From positions 90,001-122,000 of the forward strand of contig NC_014736.1 in assembly GCF_000172995.2 (NCBI RefSeq): a DNA stretch of 32,000 nt, given 5' to 3'. The notes beneath the pieces are model-generated. The model was not told the origin of the DNA. It ran no database searches and saw only the letters and a list, made by a program, of their open reading frames with translations. This document shows, one piece after another, positions 1 to 7,750 of this stretch. Position numbers and translations under genes: made by a program. Positions within the stretch are counted from its first letter, which is position 1. Each line of letters begins with the position of its first letter. Source of the stretch: Halogeometricum borinquense DSM 11551. GTDB taxonomy: Archaea; Halobacteriota; Halobacteria; Halobacteriales; Haloferacaceae.

Positions 1-501
1 GAGTGTCTCCCCGAGCACTTCTGGCAAGTCGAGTAGTCGGAGCGTATGCCCAGTCGGTGCAGTGTCGAATACGACGTGGCTGTACCCGGCGTCGGCGTAG
101 CGGGCGATGTACTCCAGAGCAGCCACCTCATCGCCACCCGGTACGAGTCCGGCCTTGAACAGTCGCTCCAAATCGTCGTCATCCAGTCGCAGTCCGGCGT
201 CTCGAAACTCGTCGGCGAGTGCCTCAACGACGTGCCGGTAAGCCTCCTGTCCGGTTTCGGCATCAACTTCGATGGCAAACAGTGAGTCAACAACCTCCGT
301 GGGTTCTCCACTGAGTTCTTGTTCGAAAGCGTCGCCGAGTGAGTGGGCAGGATCAGTTGAGACCACGAGTGTGTCTCCCTCACGCCGTTTCGAGAGCGCG
401 AGAGCGTGCGCTGCCGCACAGGTCGTCTTTCCGACGCCACCTTTCCCTCCGTACAGAACAATGTCGGTTTCGTCACCGTGCGGATGCTCTGTCTCGGTCA
501 T
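1..501 (-). CDS. ArsA/Get3-family P-loop ATPase, N-terminal 167 codons (3' end runs off the left edge of the window)
   Basis: Absent from the ORF track because there is no stop in the window. My reverse-complement translation from the ATG at 501-499 reads MTETEHPHGDETDIVLYGGKGGVGKTTCAAAHALALSKRREGDTLVVSTDPAHSLGDAF...YSHVVFDTAPTGHTLRLLDLPEVLGETL, with no stop down to position 1. GKGGVGKTT, STDPAHSL and DTAPTGHTLRLL are hallmark ArsA/Get3 motifs. Confidence 0.88.
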   Translation of the reverse strand, partial: MTETEHPHGDETDIVLYGGKGGVGKTTCAAAHALALSKRREGDTLVVSTDPAHSLGDAFEQELSGEPTEVVDSLFAIEVDAETGQEAYRHVVEALADEFRDAGLRLDDDDLERLFKAGLVPGGDEVAALEYIARYADAGYSHVVFDTAPTGHTLRLLDLPEVLGETL

Positions 502-638
502 TGCGTTGGTGTAGGGTCTGTAAGGTTACAAAGGCGTGGGCGGCCCTCATCGCGCGTGTGCGTGAGTAGAAAAGCGTGCGCGAGTAGAAGCAGGGCGAAG
601 ATGAGAGAGAACAGGAGTGAGACAGTAGCGCTCGGAGG

Positions 639-1637
639 TTATAGATCCGGCCGTGGTGCGAGTCCGGTCCAGTCGATAATCGCGTGCTCGCTGTGGTAGT
701 TCTGGAGTTGGTCGGCGCGTTCGTAGCGGCCAGTGAACGAAGTGATGCCGTGGCCCGTCACTTGCGCGTCGCTCGGTGGTCGAACCCCCATGCCGACGTA
801 GCAATCTCGGAGTTGGCAGCGGAAGTGATCGACCAGGGTTCGCTGGAACGCTGCCACGGAGATAATCGGCGTATGGTCTGGTGTAAGTTGGATGCGGGCA
901 GCGAGCGTGGCATCCTCGTCCGGTTCCGTCCCGTCACCGTATTCGATGCGTGTCGGTCCGTCTGTATTCCAGTGGACACGGAGCGGAGAGATAACGCGGA
1001 GGAACTGCTCGCTGGACGCATCTTCAGTAAAGGTGGACTCAGATGTCGAGAGCACGCGGTTCAGACGGGAGAACAGGTCCGAATCTTTCCGGTCAGGACG
1101 GACATCAAGTGCCTGTCGGATTTCTCCGAGGCTGTTCAGTTCGGCGAGGACTTCGGCGAGTCGCCGGATCTCCTCGGTATCCAAGGTGAGGTGAATGTCC
1201 TGTTCGATGAGTTCCCAATCTGCGTCTGGCGCTACCTGTGGAGGTTCCACTGGCGGGGTATCGTTCGTCCGGAGAGCGGCGAGTTGGTCGTAACAGGTCG
1301 TGAGATGCGATTCGAGTGTGTCCTGAGCCATCGCGCCGATCAACAGTGTCGTGACGGCGAGTCGGTCGGGATCAGCGATCTGATCGGATTGACTGTACGG
1401 TGAGAGGGCGTTAGATCCGGTTGTGCGGGTGAGATAGTACTTCGCAAAACGTTCGACGCGAGCCAAGCGCTCTTTGACCCCTAGTGATCGGTCATCGCTG
1501 TCGGGAAAATGTTGGTCACACCAGTGGTCTGTGACCTCCCCTTCCTTAGAGAGGGTGAGGTGGTGTTGTACATCATCATGGTCGGTGATTCGAAGCTCGA
1601 CTGTACGGTCCGTTTCGGAGTGTTCGGTGACGTTCAT
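639..1637 (-). CDS. Uncharacterised acidic protein, diverged third paralogue of the two effector-linked partner proteins at 11352-12287 and 13216-14178
   Basis: 332-aa ORF. It shares the family landmarks RFAKYY (vs RFARYHVY), DPDRLAV (vs NPDRIAAVLLA) and the C-terminal block FRCQLRDCYVGMGVRPP (vs ICQIRDCFIGMGVEPP). Acidic composition is typical of haloarchaeal proteins. The antisense ORF 684-1403 is Arg/Cys-rich and is rejected. Confidence 0.8.
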   Translation of the reverse strand: MNVTEHSETDRTVELRITDHDDVQHHLTLSKEGEVTDHWCDQHFPDSDDRSLGVKERLARVERFAKYYLTRTTGSNALSPYSQSDQIADPDRLAVTTLLIGAMAQDTLESHLTTCYDQLAALRTNDTPPVEPPQVAPDADWELIEQDIHLTLDTEEIRRLAEVLAELNSLGEIRQALDVRPDRKDSDLFSRLNRVLSTSESTFTEDASSEQFLRVISPLRVHWNTDGPTRIEYGDGTEPDEDATLAARIQLTPDHTPIISVAAFQRTLVDHFRCQLRDCYVGMGVRPPSDAQVTGHGITSFTGRYERADQLQNYHSEHAIIDWTGLAPRPDL

Positions 1638-1782
1638 ACTGAATTAGTATCGGATTTCGTCGGTGGGAGCGTTGAACGAGGACATTGGAGCGGTCTATAT
1701 TCCTGTTATTTCAGTAATCGGAAGGTAGGGATTAAATTGTGTGGTCTCGTCCGGATAGAAATTGGTGGTGCGTTGGAGGAAA

Positions 1783-1820
1783 GTTCGGTTTGTAATGTTT
1801 TCTAACCGAACATTTTATAA
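1783..1820 (+). promoter_or_regulatory. Inverted repeat (GTTCGGTT-N13-AACCGAAC) abutting a TATA-like box (TTTTATAA), upstream of the first CIS-operon gene
   Basis: Arms at 1783-1790 and 1804-1811 are exact reverse complements. The TTTTATAA box sits at about 1813-1820, roughly 40 nt upstream of the ATG at 1860, inside a 222-nt AT-rich divergent intergenic region. Confidence 0.35.
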
Positions 1821-1859
1821 GAGAACAATGTTATCCTCAGTGTACTAACCTTACTTCGT

Positions 1860-3107
1860 ATGCCACGTGACGATACCTACTCGGATTCGGATACGCCTGC
1901 TCTGTCGCAGTTCCAGAAGAACCGATTCTTCAAGGGCAAGTTGATGACGCCCCGCGACATGGAAGCAGAACAGGCGTACCACGCCGAACGCTTGCATACG
2001 ATCAACCGCTTCCTCAACGGGAAAGGTATCGTTCACGGCATCGAGATACAATCTGTGACAGAGACCGACGATGGTCTCGACGTCACCCTGACGCCGGGGT
2101 TGGCTCTAGATGGCAACGGTCGGCCCATCGTCGTCGAACAGGTCACGACGAAGTCCGTCCCCATGCCTGCCGATGACGAGGTGTATTTCTTCCTCGAATT
2201 TACTGAGGCCGCGATGGAGACGATTCCGGTACCAGACACGGAAGGTGCAGTTGACGACGATACCGCACCCAACCGTGCTGTCGAATCGTTCACGCTGACG
2301 TATCATGAGACGGAACCCGACGAGGTGGCTGCTGTTCCGGATGTCGATATTCCGAACCTGCAGGTAGATAATTTCGACCCGCAAACGCTTCGAGAAGCTC
2401 TCTCTGAGCAGTATCAACAGTACCAGTCGAGCCGTGGCAGTTCCGGGCCAGCCGTCTTCGTCGGTGCCTTCGAGCGGACACCCGATGGAAATTGGGTACC
2501 GATTGATGACGCTCCAGCACGGCCGGTCGTGTTCGACAGCGAGTATCTGTTTGGTGTACTGGTTGATCACGTTGCAGACACCGACAATCCGCACCGGACT
2601 CCCGTCACGAAGGAGCCGATGGATGTGCCGGAAGACGTCGATGAGATCATGGACGCACTGGAGGGACTACAGGCGCAGGTCGAAACACTGCAGGACGACC
2701 GCCGGTCTCTCACGAGGTACGTCATGCGGAAGACGATCAAAGACCGGATTCGGTTCTTCGAGGAACTCGCAGACAGAGTACAAGAGCAAAGTGGCGAAGC
2801 CAGTCAGATCGCACGAAGTATCGTTGATCGGTCGCGTGAGAACCTGCAGGCAGTTCGTGTGCGAGAAGAAGACTACGAAAAGCAGTTAGATAATCTCATC
2901 GCTCCGTTGGTCGAGCTTGGCGATTGTCTCGAACCGGTAACCACAGAAGAGAGCCTCGAGGATTATCTGCGGGCCGTGTCGAACCTACAATCGGCCGTCG
3001 AAGAAGATCGGTCGTTGTTAGATCAGGTTGACGCACACGACGAAGTGTGTGAAGCGGCGGATTCACTCGAGGTACTCCTGGACGTTGTCCCAGTGACCAA
3101 CAAATAG
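1860..3107 (+). CDS. Hypothetical protein heading the CIS structural genes: conserved-looking N-terminal domain plus coiled-coil-rich acidic C-terminal half
   Basis: 415-aa ORF, co-oriented with and upstream of the sheath gene. The N-terminus reads QFQKNRFFKGKLMTPRDMEAEQAYHAERLHTINRFLNGKGIVHGIEI. The C-terminal approximately 170 aa carry heptad-like charged repeats (LEGLQAQVETLQDDRRSL..., LQAVRVREEDYEKQLDNL...). I cannot assign a family from memory. Confidence 0.75.
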   Translation: MPRDDTYSDSDTPALSQFQKNRFFKGKLMTPRDMEAEQAYHAERLHTINRFLNGKGIVHGIEIQSVTETDDGLDVTLTPGLALDGNGRPIVVEQVTTKSVPMPADDEVYFFLEFTEAAMETIPVPDTEGAVDDDTAPNRAVESFTLTYHETEPDEVAAVPDVDIPNLQVDNFDPQTLREALSEQYQQYQSSRGSSGPAVFVGAFERTPDGNWVPIDDAPARPVVFDSEYLFGVLVDHVADTDNPHRTPVTKEPMDVPEDVDEIMDALEGLQAQVETLQDDRRSLTRYVMRKTIKDRIRFFEELADRVQEQSGEASQIARSIVDRSRENLQAVRVREEDYEKQLDNLIAPLVELGDCLEPVTTEESLEDYLRAVSNLQSAVEEDRSLLDQVDAHDEVCEAADSLEVLLDVVPVTNK

Positions 3108-3379
3108 CGATCCACCGTGCCACCAAATGTGTCAGGCAGAAATGGAAGCCTGATTCAATCGCGTGGTGAACCGGTTATGATCTCGTGGTTGCGTTCGAGT
3201 GGGAGATATCGGGGAGGAGTCACAGAGGTCACCGCAGGGTTGAGAATACACAGATAACTCTGCGAGTTGTCTTCATTTCTGGTATCAGACCCACCTCTAG
3301 ATATTTAAATTAATTAAGTAAGTGATAAGATTTATAACCATACAGTTAGTAGATTGACATCGTTGGAGTCAGAAAACAG

Positions 3380-5104
3380 ATGAGTGAATATCAGTCTCCA
3401 GGCGTTTATGTCGAAGAGGTCCAGAGCGGAAGCAAATCCGTCGAAGGAGTCAGCACTAGTACTGCTGGCTTCCTCGGCCAGACCGAACGCGGCCCGGTCG
3501 AACCCCGCCTTGTCACGAATTACGCCGATTTCGAGCGGCTCTACGGTGCGAGCCCGAAGTCCTCCGATCTTGATGCCGCTGTTGACGGGTTCTTCAAAAA
3601 CGGCGGTAGCCGCTGTTTCATCGGACGCGTCAGTGGTGCCGATATCGACGACGTAGCGACTGGCATCCTCGCAGACGACGAGGGCAACGAAATCGCCGAA
3701 GTCGAGGCCAACGGTCCCGGCCAGTGGGGCGAATCCGTCGCCGTCATCGTCGAAGACAGTCAGTACCCCAACCAGTTCGACATCACCGTTCGCTACTGGT
3801 CCGGCGACCTCGAAGCAGTCAGCAAGCCGCACGGCGACCGACCCGACCCGTCGCCTGACGTCGAAGAGGTCTACGACGGCCTGTCGGCTGATCCTGAGGC
3901 AAGCAACTTCTACGAGAAGCAACTCGAAAGCTCGGTTCTCGTGGACATCGAGTACAAAGACGACGGCACGCCCGTTGACGGCCTGACCTGGCTGCACCGC
4001 GACAGCCACCCCACCGCGTACTCCGACGGTGGTCTCGTCGAAACCGACGAAGAAGAGACGGTCGTTCACATCCCCGAGGACCTCGACGAACTCGAGCAGG
4101 AGAGCCTCGAAGGCATCGCCGAGCCTCTCGAAATCGAAATCGACGAGGACGCCGACAAAGACGACCTCGTCGTCGAACTCGAAGAGGTCCGCGAAGGCGA
4201 ACGAGACGTCGACGTCGAAATCGTCACCGAGAAGCCAGAGGCAGACGGCGAAGTCACCCTCAAAGACTACGAAGGTGTCAACAAGCCCGGTCTCCGAACC
4301 GGTCTCGCCGGCTTCAAAGCGATCGACGAAATTTCGATGGTCTGCGCGCCGGACGAGAACGACATCGACGGTCTGACTGACTCGATTGTCGCACACTGTG
4401 AGAACATGGGCGACCGCTTTGCGATTCTGCAGTCGCCGCAGAACCCCGGTCCGGTCTCCGAGATGGAGACGCCGGTCGATTCCTCGTACGCGGCATACTA
4501 CTACCCGTGGGTCAACGTGCTCGACCCCGTCACGAACCGAGAGAAACTCGTCCCGCCGGGCGGCCACATCGCCGGTATCTACTCGCGGACCGACCAGGAA
4601 CACGGTGTCCACAAAGCGCCCGCTAACGAGACGCTTCGCGGCATCGTCGGCCTCCAGCACAACATCACGAAGGGTGAGCAGGACGTCCTGAACCCGAAGG
4701 GTATCAACTGCATCCGCAGCTTCCAGGGCCGCGGTATCCGCGTGTGGGGTGCTCGTACCACGTCGTCTGATCCCGAGTGGAAGTACCTCAACGTTCGCCG
4801 CCTGTTCCTGTTCATCGAGCAGTCGATCCAGGAAGGCACGCAGTGGGCGGTCTTCGAGCCGAACGAGCAGGACACCTGGGGTCGGATCCGACAGTCTGTC
4901 ACCAACTTCCTCCGCACGGTCTGGCGGAACGGTGGCCTCCAGGGTCAAAGCGAAGACGATGCGTTCTACGTGAAGTGTGGCGAAGAGACGATGTCCGAGG
5001 ACGACATCGACAACGGACGCCTCATCGTCGAAATCGGTGTTGCGCCGGTCAAGCCCGCCGAGTTCGTTATCTTCCGCATCAGCCAGGATACCGAACAGGC
5101 ATAA
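3380..5104 (+). CDS. Contractile tail sheath protein (phage/eCIS sheath family, Afp2-4 / Cis2-like)
   Basis: 574 aa. The N-terminus MSEYQSPGVYVEEV is classic for sheath proteins. The C-terminal domain is also typical: INCIRSFQGRGIRVWGARTTSSDPEWKYLNVRRLFLFIEQSI...WAVFEPN...FYVKCGEETM...DIDNGRLIVEIGVAPVKPAEFVIFRISQ. It is followed directly by tube genes. Confidence 0.95.
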   Translation: MSEYQSPGVYVEEVQSGSKSVEGVSTSTAGFLGQTERGPVEPRLVTNYADFERLYGASPKSSDLDAAVDGFFKNGGSRCFIGRVSGADIDDVATGILADDEGNEIAEVEANGPGQWGESVAVIVEDSQYPNQFDITVRYWSGDLEAVSKPHGDRPDPSPDVEEVYDGLSADPEASNFYEKQLESSVLVDIEYKDDGTPVDGLTWLHRDSHPTAYSDGGLVETDEEETVVHIPEDLDELEQESLEGIAEPLEIEIDEDADKDDLVVELEEVREGERDVDVEIVTEKPEADGEVTLKDYEGVNKPGLRTGLAGFKAIDEISMVCAPDENDIDGLTDSIVAHCENMGDRFAILQSPQNPGPVSEMETPVDSSYAAYYYPWVNVLDPVTNREKLVPPGGHIAGIYSRTDQEHGVHKAPANETLRGIVGLQHNITKGEQDVLNPKGINCIRSFQGRGIRVWGARTTSSDPEWKYLNVRRLFLFIEQSIQEGTQWAVFEPNEQDTWGRIRQSVTNFLRTVWRNGGLQGQSEDDAFYVKCGEETMSEDDIDNGRLIVEIGVAPVKPAEFVIFRISQDTEQA

Positions 5105-5153
5105 CCGCTCACACAGAACCAGCTAACTAACCACTACGATAACGGAATACACA

Positions 5154-5603
5154 ATGTCCAAAGCATCACAACCCATCTCAAACACTCAATTCGACGTCGA
5201 ACTCGACGGGACGAACATCCCGGGCGTCGTCGAAGTCAAGCTCCCTGAGAAGAACGTCCAAACGCACAACTACCGAGAGGGTACCGACATCGCCTCCGGG
5301 ACGAAGCACCTGGGCGAAGTCACGTACACCAAACTCGAGTTCGCACGAAGTGCGGACAAAAAGAACTCAGCCCTCGACGACTGGCTCAAAGCAGCCGAGG
5401 AAGGCCGCGAAAACGATGCGAAAAAGCAGATCGCGGTTCTGCTCAAGGACCGAACCGGCCAGACGGTCGCTCGCTACAACATGGAAGGGGCGATGGTCAT
5501 CCAGTACAGCCCCCCGAACCTCAACGCGACCCCTGGTGGCGACCAGATCGCTGTTGAGACCTTCGTCGTCGACTTCGACACGATGCAAGTCGACCGCTCC
5601 TAA
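5154..5603 (+). CDS. CIS/phage tail tube protein (T4 gp19-like, Afp1-like)
   Basis: 149 aa, immediately after the sheath gene. It shows the pattern FDVELDG...IPGVVEV...YREG...G....Y..LEF.R......L..W and a C-terminal IAVETFVVDF strand, all typical of the PF06841 tube family. Confidence 0.88.
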   Translation: MSKASQPISNTQFDVELDGTNIPGVVEVKLPEKNVQTHNYREGTDIASGTKHLGEVTYTKLEFARSADKKNSALDDWLKAAEEGRENDAKKQIAVLLKDRTGQTVARYNMEGAMVIQYSPPNLNATPGGDQIAVETFVVDFDTMQVDRS

Positions 5604-5755
5604 TGAGCCAATCCACCACCGACCCGACGGACGGCTACGCTGTTGACAGATACCGCGAGGAGTGTCACCTCGACAATGAGGGATACCTCCACACCGGGAC
5701 CGCGTCGGCACACGTCAACAGAATAATTATCAAGACGGAAGAACAACGCCGGTAA
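5603..5755 (+). CDS. Candidate 50-codon small ORF that exactly fills the gap between the tube gene and the next gene
   Basis: Below the ORF-track size cutoff. Its ATG overlaps the tube gene stop (TAATG at 5601-5605) and its TAA at 5753-5755 lies 3 nt before the next ATG (5759). Translation: MSQSTTDPTDGYAVDRYREECHLDNEGYLHTGTASAHVNRIIIKTEEQRR. By my count about 72% of third codon positions are G/C, similar to the neighbouring genes. Confidence 0.4.
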   Translation: MSQSTTDPTDGYAVDRYREECHLDNEGYLHTGTASAHVNRIIIKTEEQRR

Positions 5756-5758
5756 CGA

Positions 5759-6295
5759 ATGACGAATCAGACGCTCCAGACCGAATTCGAGTTCACCCTA
5801 CCGAAGGGGTACGTTGACGACGAGGGGACCCTCCACAAAGAGGGCCGAATGCGGCTTGCGACCGCCGCAGACGAGATTCAACCGCTGAACAACCCACGCG
5901 TTCAGTCAAACTCGTCGTATCTGACGATAGTGCTGCTCGCGCGGACGGTCACGGAGCTTGGCTCGCTCGATACCGTTGACGAAAGTATCATCCAGAACCT
6001 CTTCGTCTCGGATCTCGAGTACTTGCAGGCGATGTACGAGCGCGTCAACAACAGCGGTCTGAACGCGGTCGATACCGCCTGCCCAGAATGCGGTGAACCG
6101 TTCACCGTCGAAGTCGAAACCGGCGCACACGTCACCGGCGGGGCCAACGACGAGATGGCGTCGATGGATTCGGAATCCCCTGTCGATGATACAGACACCC
6201 AGTTCCGCGACATCTCGACGGTGTCTGACACGCCAGAAGACGCAGTCGAACCCGCCTCGGAGGAGGAAGCCGACACGGGAAATCCAGCCGAATGA
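5759..6295 (+). CDS. Putative CIS tail-assembly protein (conserved position between the two tube genes) with an acidic disordered C-terminal tail
   Basis: 178 aa. It begins FEFTLPKGYVDDEGTLHKEGRMRLATAADEI and carries a single CPECGEPF knuckle, followed by a D/E-rich tail. The position between tube genes matches the unnamed assembly or chaperone-like genes of bacterial eCIS loci. This is an assignment by context, not by a recognised motif. Confidence 0.65.
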   Translation: MTNQTLQTEFEFTLPKGYVDDEGTLHKEGRMRLATAADEIQPLNNPRVQSNSSYLTIVLLARTVTELGSLDTVDESIIQNLFVSDLEYLQAMYERVNNSGLNAVDTACPECGEPFTVEVETGAHVTGGANDEMASMDSESPVDDTDTQFRDISTVSDTPEDAVEPASEEEADTGNPAE

Positions 6296-6561
6296 TCCAT
6301 CTCCACGACCCTGACGTGTTGTTCGAGGAAGTCGCCTTCGTGGCCTACCACTTCGGTTGGAGCCGCGACGAGGTGCTGGGGATGTCCCACTGGGAACGTC
6401 AGCGGTGGTGCGAGGAGATCAGCGACATCAACGAAGAGATGAACGCGAACGGAGACACCGCCCCAGGGCGCCAATCCCAACAGCAAGGCGCGAACTTCCT
6501 CGATACCGAGGGCGGCGGAAAGGTACTCTCGAAGTCGCTTGACGAACTACGCGACGAGTAA
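6292..6561 (+). CDS. Small CIS-associated protein of unknown function, translationally coupled to the preceding gene
   Basis: 89 aa. ATGA start/stop overlap at 6292-6295. The sequence VAFVAYHFGWSRDEVLGMSHWERQRWCEEISDINEE resembles the small conserved ORF found at this position in eCIS loci; this is from recollection and is unverified. Confidence 0.6.
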   Translation: MIHLHDPDVLFEEVAFVAYHFGWSRDEVLGMSHWERQRWCEEISDINEEMNANGDTAPGRQSQQQGANFLDTEGGGKVLSKSLDELRDE

Positions 6562-6585
6562 TCGCCACGAGCAACGGACACAACC

Positions 6586-7050
6586 ATGGCTGATAGCGCA
6601 AACACATCCAACAACAGCCCCTACGGACAGTACAACTTCGAGGTCGTGATCGACGGCGAGTCCGTCGCCGGCTTCTCGGAAGTCTCCGGAATCGCAATGC
6701 AGTTAGAGACCGTCTCGTACCAGGAAGGTGGCGTTGACGAGTACGTCCACCAACTCCCTGATCAGTTCGCACATGCGAACTTGGTCCTGCAACGAGGGTT
6801 GACGGACGACGTCACCTTCTGGGAGTGGATACAGGACGTGATGAGCGGCAACGTGACAAGAAAGAACGTGACGGTGAAAGTCCAAGAGAGTCACATGGGA
6901 CCGAACACGTGGGGCTGGCAGTTCCTCGGCGCGTACCCGACTACGTGGCGTGGTCCCGACCTCATCGGTGGCCGACAAGGCGGTGTCGCCATCGAGACCA
7001 TCGAACTCGCGTACAAGAAGTTCAACAAACTGTCCGGCGCGCCCAAGTAA
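6586..7050 (+). CDS. Second CIS/phage tail tube paralogue (T4 gp19-like, Afp5-like)
   Basis: 154 aa. YNFEVVIDGESVAGFSEVSGI...VSYQEGG...LPDQ..H.NLVLQRGL..D..FWEWI...VAIETIELAY is the canonical PF06841-type tube signature. Confidence 0.9.
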   Translation: MADSANTSNNSPYGQYNFEVVIDGESVAGFSEVSGIAMQLETVSYQEGGVDEYVHQLPDQFAHANLVLQRGLTDDVTFWEWIQDVMSGNVTRKNVTVKVQESHMGPNTWGWQFLGAYPTTWRGPDLIGGRQGGVAIETIELAYKKFNKLSGAPK

Positions 7051-7062
7051 GCCCGAAGGCGA

Positions 7063-7659
7063 TCACTCGCTATCGGGGTTTCGTTCTACACCGACATCAC
7101 GTTCGGCGATACGCGAGAATTCTGCTTCGTTGATCGACTGAATCATCACCGGCGACACTTCAACCGTAACTGACGGTTGATATGTGGCGTCGAACCGTGC
7201 CCAAAGAGAGAACACTTCGTCGAGCGGCGCATTCGTAATTGTGAGTCCGATTCGAGTATCCTGCTCGATTCCCTCAGTCTCTTCAGGTTCGAGTATGCCG
7301 ACGTCGTTGAGTGTCTGGAGGACGAGCCCAAGTGCCTGTTGTTGGCCGATAGTACCGGTGACGTTGTCTTCGTCATCTCTCGGATAGGCCGTCACCAGAT
7401 AGTCGATTGTAATCGGCAGCGGCGGGTCTCGTTTGGCCGACTCTCCGACCGGCGTCGTGTTCATCGATCCAACTGAACCGTCTTTCCGGACGCGATAGGG
7501 GTAGAACCCGATTCGAACAGTCGAGTTCGGGCCGATATCCGCCGGAGAAATCAGTTCGATCTCATCGGGTTCGACAGGAAGTTCCGGATAGTCGGCAGTC
7601 TCCTTGAGTAGGTCAACGAGCGCTTCGCTCACGTATCGAATTGCTTCGTAGGTCATCAA
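7063..7659 (-). CDS. DUF4255 / Pvc16-Afp16-like tail terminator (cap) protein
   Basis: 198 aa. It has the typical DUF4255 layout: N-terminal I..VSEALVDLL..., then RIGFYPYRVRKDG, PLPITIDYLVTAY, QQQALGLVLQTLND..IL, and C-terminal LDEVFSLWARFDATYQPSVTVEVSPV. Confidence 0.85.
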   Translation of the reverse strand: MMTYEAIRYVSEALVDLLKETADYPELPVEPDEIELISPADIGPNSTVRIGFYPYRVRKDGSVGSMNTTPVGESAKRDPPLPITIDYLVTAYPRDDEDNVTGTIGQQQALGLVLQTLNDVGILEPEETEGIEQDTRIGLTITNAPLDEVFSLWARFDATYQPSVTVEVSPVMIQSINEAEFSRIAERDVGVERNPDSE

Positions 7660-7750
7660 TCAAGCCCCTCGAGACGTGATTCTGAAATCGTCGGTTCGGT
7701 TATCCACATACGACGCCCGTTCGTGGACCGGCGGAAAAAGGATTCCGAGG

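Noticed and set aside
684-1403. 239-aa plus-strand ORF overlapping 639-1637
   Set aside because: It is antisense to a gene supported by paralogy with two other genes. The product is basic and Cys/Arg-rich, which is atypical for a haloarchaeal proteome.
3301-3340. Adjacent 8-bp AT palindromes (ATTTAAAT, TTAATTAA) and TTTATAA upstream of the sheath gene, as a specific regulatory element
   Set aside because: This is plausibly just an internal TATA-rich promoter for the sheath gene. AT-only palindromes of this size are expected by chance in AT-rich spacers, so I do not claim an operator.
3332-4948. 538-aa ORF on the minus strand, opposite the sheath gene
   Set aside because: It is an antisense shadow ORF of a GC3-rich gene. 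The product is V/R/L/D-rich and low-complexity with no motif, while the plus-strand product has unmistakable sheath motifs.
5759-6561. Phage-style programmed frameshift (G/GT-like) between the two small assembly genes
   Set aside because: The junction is a simple ATGA stop/start overlap with its own ATG, and I saw no slippery heptamer. Translational coupling is the simpler reading.
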